This document shows, one piece after another, positions 26,846-32,000 of a DNA stretch of 32,000 bases. The stretch's first letter is position 1. Each line of letters begins with the position of its first letter. Position numbers and translations under genes: made by a program. Source of the stretch: an uncultured Nitrososphaerales archaeon (GTDB taxonomy: Archaea > Thermoproteota > Nitrososphaeria > Nitrososphaerales > Nitrososphaeraceae); the NCBI GenBank assembly GCA_963695855.1, contig CAVOHZ010000010.1, positions 1,497,150 through 1,529,149 on the forward strand. Direction: 5' to 3'. The notes below the pieces were generated by a model, which was not told where the DNA came from, did no database searches, and saw only the letters and a program-made list of their open reading frames with translations.

Positions 26846-27103
26846 CTTCAACAGTAGAGCAAAAAAGTTCTAAAAACACCTACCCCCCCTACCCTAGGAG
26901 CCTTCAGGCCCTTCATGCCTTCAGCCTTAGAGATCCAGAACGACCTAGACTTTCTTTTAAGACACTTCTCAAATCCGTTATTTCCAAGAACCATAATGAC
27001 ACCAAAGGTAAAGCAGAAGGAAGTATATTCAAAGGAACAGGCACCAGTATTTTACAAAGAGGTTAAGAGGAAGATAAAAAATAATTATGATGTTGTCGTC
27101 TAG
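26842..27103 (+). pseudogene. Relic N-terminal module of a copy-A-type PrimPol gene, frameshifted at a C7 run
   Basis: The ATG at 26842 overlaps the Zn-finger stop as ATGA, exactly like the intact gene in copy A. MTSTVEQKSSKNTYPP matches MTTASAAKIEQKSSKNTYPP. After C7 (26883-26889; copy A has 6), the homologous reading LDFLLRHFSNPLFPRTIMTPKVKQKEVYSKEQA continues in another frame and ends at 27103. Confidence 0.65.
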
Positions 27104-28208
27104 TCAACAGGAACGGCAGAAACAAGAAGAAGAAGAGATACAGGCAGGCCTGGACTTCTTACTTTCCCACTTTTCCAGTCCACTGTTCCCCAGAACAATA
27201 TCAACACAGAAAACCGAAGATAGCCAGATACCTGTAAACAGTATGGAAGAGGCATTAACTTATTACAGAAAATCAGAATTCAAAGATTGCAAGATTAATG
27301 CCTTTTACTATTCGAAATTGGAAGACACAACAATAGGAGGTTTATTCTGGCATCCAGATTTAATATTCATTGATTTAGATTTACAGGATTTTAAGAGTGA
27401 AAAGGCTTTAAAGTTTGCACTTGCCAAGACTTTGAACAATATTGCCGATGAATTGGGCAGTAATTCCGCAGTTCCTACAGTACTTCACAGCGGGGGAGGA
27501 TACCACGTCATACAACCGGTAGACTGTCCGGTACCGTTAGAGAGTATCCAGAATGTAAAAGAGTTCATGGAGATACCGAACCCTTCAGAAATATTTTTGA
27601 GGTTTGCCAAAGACTTTCTATCGAATGGAAAGGCAGACAAGAAGAATAATCCTTCCTTCAAATCCTGCATGTTAAGGATTCCAGGTTCCATTAATTCCAG
27701 ACGTAATGGCAAGAACGTTAGAATTATTCAACGTTGGAACCGATACAGGCCACGAATAACGAAAGAGTTGATAATAGAGTTCCAGGGCTGGTTGATACAG
27801 AAGAAGATACACAAAAGGATAGAACAGGAAAAAATAGATAGGGAGAGACAAGCAAGAAGGAAGCAATTACCTGCAGGTTACAATATCAATTATTACGAGT
27901 GGATAGAAAAATTATTAGATACAGGAATAGAAGACTGCAGGAAAACATGTGTAGGTTTGATTCTAGCACCCTATCTTATTCATGTGAAGGGATTATCGTA
28001 TGAGACTTCCAGACAAATAATCAAAAACTGGTTACAGAAATGTGACTCCCTTAGGAAGTTAGATAGAGGTTTTGATTCCAGAATAAGAGACGCTTTAAGA
28101 AGTTCACAAAGGAAACAGATTCCCCCAATGTCCAGACAGAAAATTAAATTGGATAATGCTTATGAAACACTTCATAATATATTATCTAATAAGGGAATTA
28201 ACGGTTAG
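27087..28208 (+). CDS. Archaeo-eukaryotic primase-polymerase (PrimPol/AEP), copy B, divergent allele
   Basis: 373-aa ORF with DLIFIDLDL, HSGGGYHV and RIPGSIN. It has its own LDFLLSHFSSPLFPRTI N-terminal module. It is clearly less similar to copy A than the flanking genes are. Confidence 0.75.
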   Translation: MMLSSSQQERQKQEEEEIQAGLDFLLSHFSSPLFPRTISTQKTEDSQIPVNSMEEALTYYRKSEFKDCKINAFYYSKLEDTTIGGLFWHPDLIFIDLDLQDFKSEKALKFALAKTLNNIADELGSNSAVPTVLHSGGGYHVIQPVDCPVPLESIQNVKEFMEIPNPSEIFLRFAKDFLSNGKADKKNNPSFKSCMLRIPGSINSRRNGKNVRIIQRWNRYRPRITKELIIEFQGWLIQKKIHKRIEQEKIDRERQARRKQLPAGYNINYYEWIEKLLDTGIEDCRKTCVGLILAPYLIHVKGLSYETSRQIIKNWLQKCDSLRKLDRGFDSRIRDALRSSQRKQIPPMSRQKIKLDNAYETLHNILSNKGING

Positions 28209-28267
28209 ATTAGGTTATGATGATGGTACTAGTTAATTTGTATAGATATGAGGTGTCATTAAAGTAA

Positions 28268-28723
28268 TTGGGTGGAAGTTTCAAAAATAGAGAGAGTCAG
28301 ATTTTAATGCCTTTGGTCGCAGACTGTGTTAACTATGGCCTTTCAGAACCGGAAGCATTAGCGTATATCAAAACAAGGTTAGGAAGGACAATATCTCCAG
28401 GAACTTACTATAATCGCAAAAAAAAGGTAGATAGTGGAGAGTACGCCAATCAATGGATGTCCTACTACACCAGAGTAGGTTTTTTGGTTACCCACAAAAA
28501 GATTATTGATGTAATTGAAACCATTCAAAAGGACACATTAAGAGATTACCTTATCGAAAACAGTAAACCACACGAACAGAAAAATATGGATTTAATCCAG
28601 AAGTTAAGATATGAGATTAGAGAGAATTCAAAGTTAATTCAAGATTTAAGTCTAGGAAGTCCAATCATTGCACAGATTAAAGCGAAGATAGAACATGCTG
28701 AAAGTATTTCAACAGGCAAGTAA
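28268..28723 (+). CDS. HTH-like small protein, candidate small terminase subunit
   Basis: 151-aa ORF lying immediately upstream of TerL and overlapping it. An N-terminal helix-turn-helix-like segment (NYGLSEPEALAYIKTRLG) is followed by a long helical region. The assignment rests on position only. TTG start. Confidence 0.4.
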   Translation: MGGSFKNRESQILMPLVADCVNYGLSEPEALAYIKTRLGRTISPGTYYNRKKKVDSGEYANQWMSYYTRVGFLVTHKKIIDVIETIQKDTLRDYLIENSKPHEQKNMDLIQKLRYEIRENSKLIQDLSLGSPIIAQIKAKIEHAESISTGK

Positions 28724-30134
28724 CGTTCTATCCCTGGACCCTTCTGAAATCTCAAATTCTAAATTTGAGATATTCAAGGATAAACCCTTTTGGATATGGG
28801 ACGTAACAGAGCATCACGACGAACAATTGGCAACTATGGGTAATTGCTGCTTTAATCACGTGTTGGGCCTACCTAAAAAGGATGGAATTAGTAAAGAACT
28901 ATTTGATTATGAGAAAGTAGTTCTCGACCTGTTACAGTATGATAAATGTCTGTGGATTCTCAAGAGTACGGGTTTAGGAATTACCGAACTATTCCTAAGA
29001 TATATGGCCTGGTTATGTCTACGTAATAATGATTATCAAGGTTCTCAATTCGTAATAGTTACAGGACCTAATTGGCACTTGTCCAAGAAGTTAATAACAA
29101 GAATGAAAAAGTTGTTTGAACCACTTGGAATTTACTTTGATAGTAAGGAGACGTTACTGAATCTTAATAACGTGGCTATCGAATCATTTCCAAGTCATCA
29201 CGTAGACTCTTTTAGATCATTGGACAATCCCAAGTTTATTCTGTTGGATGAATGTGACTTCTTTTCTAAAGGTCAGCAGGAAGATGTAAGGGCCGTAGCA
29301 GAGAGGTACATAGCCAAATCAAACCCCTACATAGTTTTGGTTAGTACGCCTAATCAACCTGGGGGTCTAATGGAATCAATAGAGAGGGAAGAGGAAGATG
29401 GTACTTGCCTTTATAAGAGAATTAAACTAGATTACAGATATGGACTTGCTAAAATATATTCAACGGAAGATATTGAGAAGGCCAAGCAGTCCCCGTCATT
29501 TGATAGAGAATACGACCTAAAGTATCTGGGTAAGATTGGGAACGTGTTTTCACTAACGGATATTGATAAAGCCGTCGAGTTGGGAATCAAGTATCAAGAC
29601 TTACCTATCAATCATGGCTGTCTTCACCCCGTAGGCATTGATCCAGGCTTTAGTTCGTCGGTTACAGCCATAACCGTTTGTGAGATAGATTTAGAGAACC
29701 AGGTAGTAAGGGTCATACTATCGGAAGAACATGATAAGGCAAGTCCTTCAGTCGTGGCGGACAGAATATTTCAAATACATACACAGATACCCAACTGCCT
29801 GTTTTTCGTAGATTCTGCCAATAGAGGTTTCACCAACGAATTAAAATCCAGGTTCGGGGAATCTTTAACATGGGAAAGATCCGAAGACGTATCAATTTAT
29901 GATAATTATATTATTCCTATTTCCTTTCAAAAAAATCACAAATCAATGTTAGAATGGACATATAATCTTCTATCAAAGAAGAAGATTGCAATAGATCCCA
30001 AGTACCAGAAACTGATACTATCCTTAAAATCTGCGTACGGTACCGAGTTCGATCTTGACAAGAATATCACCATATACTCAGATTTTTTAGACTCCTTACG
30101 TTTATCTTTAAGAGGTGTGATACTGAGGGAGTGA
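28695..30134 (+). CDS. terL: Terminase large subunit (ATPase + RNase H-like nuclease)
   Basis: 479-aa ORF. Deviant Walker A ILKSTGLGIT (compare the SRQLGKT type). Walker B FILLDECDFF. Coupling motif VLVSTPNQPGG. Nuclease acidic motifs VGIDPGFSSS, VDSANRG and YSDFLDSLRLSL near the C-terminus. Confidence 0.8.
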   Translation: MLKVFQQASNVLSLDPSEISNSKFEIFKDKPFWIWDVTEHHDEQLATMGNCCFNHVLGLPKKDGISKELFDYEKVVLDLLQYDKCLWILKSTGLGITELFLRYMAWLCLRNNDYQGSQFVIVTGPNWHLSKKLITRMKKLFEPLGIYFDSKETLLNLNNVAIESFPSHHVDSFRSLDNPKFILLDECDFFSKGQQEDVRAVAERYIAKSNPYIVLVSTPNQPGGLMESIEREEEDGTCLYKRIKLDYRYGLAKIYSTEDIEKAKQSPSFDREYDLKYLGKIGNVFSLTDIDKAVELGIKYQDLPINHGCLHPVGIDPGFSSSVTAITVCEIDLENQVVRVILSEEHDKASPSVVADRIFQIHTQIPNCLFFVDSANRGFTNELKSRFGESLTWERSEDVSIYDNYIIPISFQKNHKSMLEWTYNLLSKKKIAIDPKYQKLILSLKSAYGTEFDLDKNITIYSDFLDSLRLSLRGVILRE

Positions 30135-30153
30135 TAAAGAGGTGGATAGATAA

Positions 30154-30387
30154 ATGCCAGGAAATTGTAAGGAAAGTGAAACAAGTTGGTGTCCTCGTTG
30201 TCTAGAAGCAGGAATTCATGTTCAATTAATTCCCCGTCTATACAGAAAAGAGGAATTAATTAATGGCGAATTACCACAGGACTCTTATGACTGGTTACAG
30301 TGTTGGGATTGCGGCCATATCATGCATGATTGGAGAACAATAGAAGATATATGCCTGGAATTAAAAAGAGAAGAGATTATTTTGTAA
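30154..30387 (+). CDS. Zinc-ribbon protein
   Basis: 77-aa ORF with CPRC...x...CWDC. Paralogous to the core of the next ORF (IPRLYRKEELINGELPQDSYDWLQC vs GPRIYTPEERINGKNPADADNWLMC). Confidence 0.5.
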   Translation: MPGNCKESETSWCPRCLEAGIHVQLIPRLYRKEELINGELPQDSYDWLQCWDCGHIMHDWRTIEDICLELKREEIIL

Positions 30388-30815
30388 CTACTGCAGGAAA
30401 TAATTATTATGATAATAATAATGACGACGATTACGACAAAGATACAAAAAAGTATTGTGTGACTTGTGAAGGTTATGGTTTTAGTGTCGAATTGGGTCCA
30501 CGTATCTATACACCTGAAGAAAGGATAAACGGTAAGAATCCAGCGGATGCGGATAACTGGTTAATGTGTGAGAACGGTCATATAGTTGCACAGGTCCACG
30601 CTAAACAGACAACGACAATAGTAGGGATAAAGGAAGTTCATGATTCTATATATGACAGTAAAAAAGTGGTAGTTAAACACTTCATAAAACCACGTAGAAA
30701 GTTAAATGTAAACAGAGGTGTAATAAGAACAAACGCGGAAGATGATCCAGATATACAAAGACATTTAGAAGGAGGAGCCCGATTAATCAGTTATGTATCT
30801 TCAGAGGACATATAA
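30351..30815 (+). CDS. Zinc-ribbon-derived protein (paralog of 30154-30387) with a C-terminal extension
   Basis: CVTC ... C-ENGH. The second Cys pair is partly replaced. The ATG at 30351 is preferred to the TTG at 30330. The gene overlaps the upstream gene. Confidence 0.45.
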   Translation: MPGIKKRRDYFVTTAGNNYYDNNNDDDYDKDTKKYCVTCEGYGFSVELGPRIYTPEERINGKNPADADNWLMCENGHIVAQVHAKQTTTIVGIKEVHDSIYDSKKVVVKHFIKPRRKLNVNRGVIRTNAEDDPDIQRHLEGGARLISYVSSEDI

Positions 30816-30881
30816 TAAACAAAATAAGTTCTGGAATTTTTTTAAGAAAATTATTTGATAATAAACTGAATACTATTATTT

Positions 30882-31148
30882 CTAATCATGTTGTTGTTTG
30901 AAATGAAGACGTTTCTTATAAAGAGCAATTTCTAATATCATATTTCTTGTGAATTGACTGTATTCTGAATTTAATCTTCTTATTATTTGTTGAACATTAT
31001 TTACTGTATATTCCATATTTTTTGCTAAGAGATCACAAAAAATCTTTTCCACTTTTTCTTCGTCTTGTGGATGAATCATATGTTTATTTCTTACTGCTTG
31101 GTCAAGATTTTTCAAAATAGTTTCATAGTCGTCTTCGGTAATACTCAT
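30882..31148 (-). CDS. Hypothetical helical protein
   Basis: 88-aa ORF on the strand opposite to the element's main genes, in an AT-rich patch. No motifs. Confidence 0.4.
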   Translation of the reverse strand: MSITEDDYETILKNLDQAVRNKHMIHPQDEEKVEKIFCDLLAKNMEYTVNNVQQIIRRLNSEYSQFTRNMILEIALYKKRLHFKQQHD

Positions 31149-31209
31149 TTTTTAAATATATTTCGGAATCTGTAATAAATTTTTTTTGATATAATATTCT
31201 TTGAAGTTT

Positions 31210-31374
31210 TTATTGATTTCTTCTTTTCTTAAGATAATCATCCAGGGCTTCAGTAATTAGTTCAGTTAGGGTTTTTTTATCATCTATTGCTAAATGTTTC
31301 AAGTCCCTTAACATCTGATGGGGTAATCTAATCGTGGTCTTACTGATCGCCTCCTCCTCTTCTTCTTCCTTCAT
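31210..31374 (-). CDS. Ribbon-helix-helix (CopG/Arc/MetJ-type) DNA-binding protein
   Basis: This ORF is not in the ORF track. Hand translation gives MKEEEEEEAISKTTIRLPHQMLRDLKHLAIDDKKTLTELITEALDDYLKKRRNQ*, a classic RHH pattern (strand TTIRLP, then two helices). Confidence 0.65.
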   Translation of the reverse strand: MKEEEEEEAISKTTIRLPHQMLRDLKHLAIDDKKTLTELITEALDDYLKKRRNQ

Positions 31375-31506
31375 TTAATAGTTGTTGGCTTGTTGCCATA
31401 TAATTTACTATTCATTTCTATGCTTATAATGATTACCATCTTGTTGTCAAAACAGATAATCATATATATTTAAATATGCTCATGAGTATAGCGATTTAGT
31501 ATTATT

Positions 31507-32000
31507 ATGGCTAAAGGAAGAGTATCAGTAGAACAAAAACCAAAGAAGATCGCAAAGATTTTAGAGGGATATAATAACAAGACGGAGGAAAGTTACAAGA
31601 AAAATGAATTAGAAGTACCAGAACGCCTAGACTTTCAGATAAAGCATTTTTTGATGCTTGTTGATGCTGAGAAATACCCTGTTGAAAAAGAAGTTACAAG
31701 AGTTATCCGATTAAAGGCAATAGACTACAATTCAAAGAGAAGAGAAATGAAAGAGTTTCTAGTCTGGTATGAGAACTGGTTTGGTAAAGACTGGCAAGGA
31801 AGGAAAGTCCCGCCGGTTACTGATCATGTAGAAGGCAGGTACTACGAGCAGGATTTAGAACCTGTCGTTGAAAGACACCAGATAACTGGTTATGATAGAA
31901 CAGGACAGCATGAAGTTCACTACGTACCTTTTAGCAAGAAAGCAGTAGACGAAATAATTGCTAAATCAACTTATGACAATAAAAGCCAAATCAAATTCGT
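31507..32000 (+). CDS. Hypothetical protein, 5' part (open to the window end)
   Basis: ATG at 31507. Hand translation MAKGRVSVEQKPKKIAKILEGYNNK...HEVHYVPFSKKAVDEIIAKSTYDNKSQIKF contains no stop through 32000. The composition resembles the element. Function unknown. Confidence 0.5.
   Translation, partial: MAKGRVSVEQKPKKIAKILEGYNNKTEESYKKNELEVPERLDFQIKHFLMLVDAEKYPVEKEVTRVIRLKAIDYNSKRREMKEFLVWYENWFGKDWQGRKVPPVTDHVEGRYYEQDLEPVVERHQITGYDRTGQHEVHYVPFSKKAVDEIIAKSTYDNKSQIKF

Larger units (their letters stand above)
23655..32000 (+). mobile_element. Integrated virus-like element, copy B (right end not reached within the window)
   Basis: Colinear with copy A, and additionally shows the TerS-like/TerL pair and downstream genes. 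Higher G+C than the host core by eye. No integrase, portal or capsid gene is recognisable up to 32000. Confidence 0.75.

Noticed and set aside
24776-30184. Minus-strand ORFs 24776-24982, 26236-26511, 26501-26728, 27485-27712, 27672-27866 and 29936-30184
   Set aside because: All are antisense shadows of the copy B ATPase, Zn-finger, PrimPol and TerL genes.

Overview
This is an AT-rich archaeal window. It most resembles an ammonia-oxidising thaumarchaeon: two amoC copies, several blue-copper cupredoxins, and XPB/Hef-type repair helicases. That assignment is inference from gene content only.

There are three layers.

(1) Positions 1 to ~4545 (minus orientation) and ~23655 to 32000 (plus orientation) are two diverged, mutually inverted copies of one integrated virus-like element. 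Each copy carries:
- a small RHH-like gene;
- a GC-rich structured non-coding control region, with a stem-loop supported by compensatory changes, 10-bp phased repeats and conserved blocks;
- a translationally coupled operon: small Cys protein -> P-loop ATPase -> C2H2 Zn-finger protein -> archaeo-eukaryotic primase-polymerase (PrimPol);
- a TerS-like plus large-terminase (TerL) pair.

No integrase, portal or capsid gene is visible in the window. Both copies carry independent small inactivating lesions: a microsatellite frameshift, a 10-bp tandem duplication, two nonsense codons and a homopolymer frameshift. Copy B also carries a duplicated PrimPol N-terminal module.

(2) The ~19 kb between the copies is ordinary host DNA. 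It encodes cupredoxins, a TrxR-like reductase plus a RAM-domain protein, a Rieske ferredoxin, a CPBP protease, DUF167, YjbQ, XPB, and a nuclease-less Hef-like helicase. It also holds a PII-like gene and a decayed paralog of it.

(3) Inside that host segment lies an apparently perfect ~804-bp inverted repeat. Each arm holds a complete amoC with its upstream region. The arms bracket a 3.1-kb cassette encoding a SagB-type/nitroreductase fusion protein and a secreted hydrophilic protein built from 12 nucleotide-perfect 54-bp tandem repeats.

I saw no rRNA, tRNA or CRISPR array by eye. All family calls come from motifs I recognised in the translations. No database search was run.
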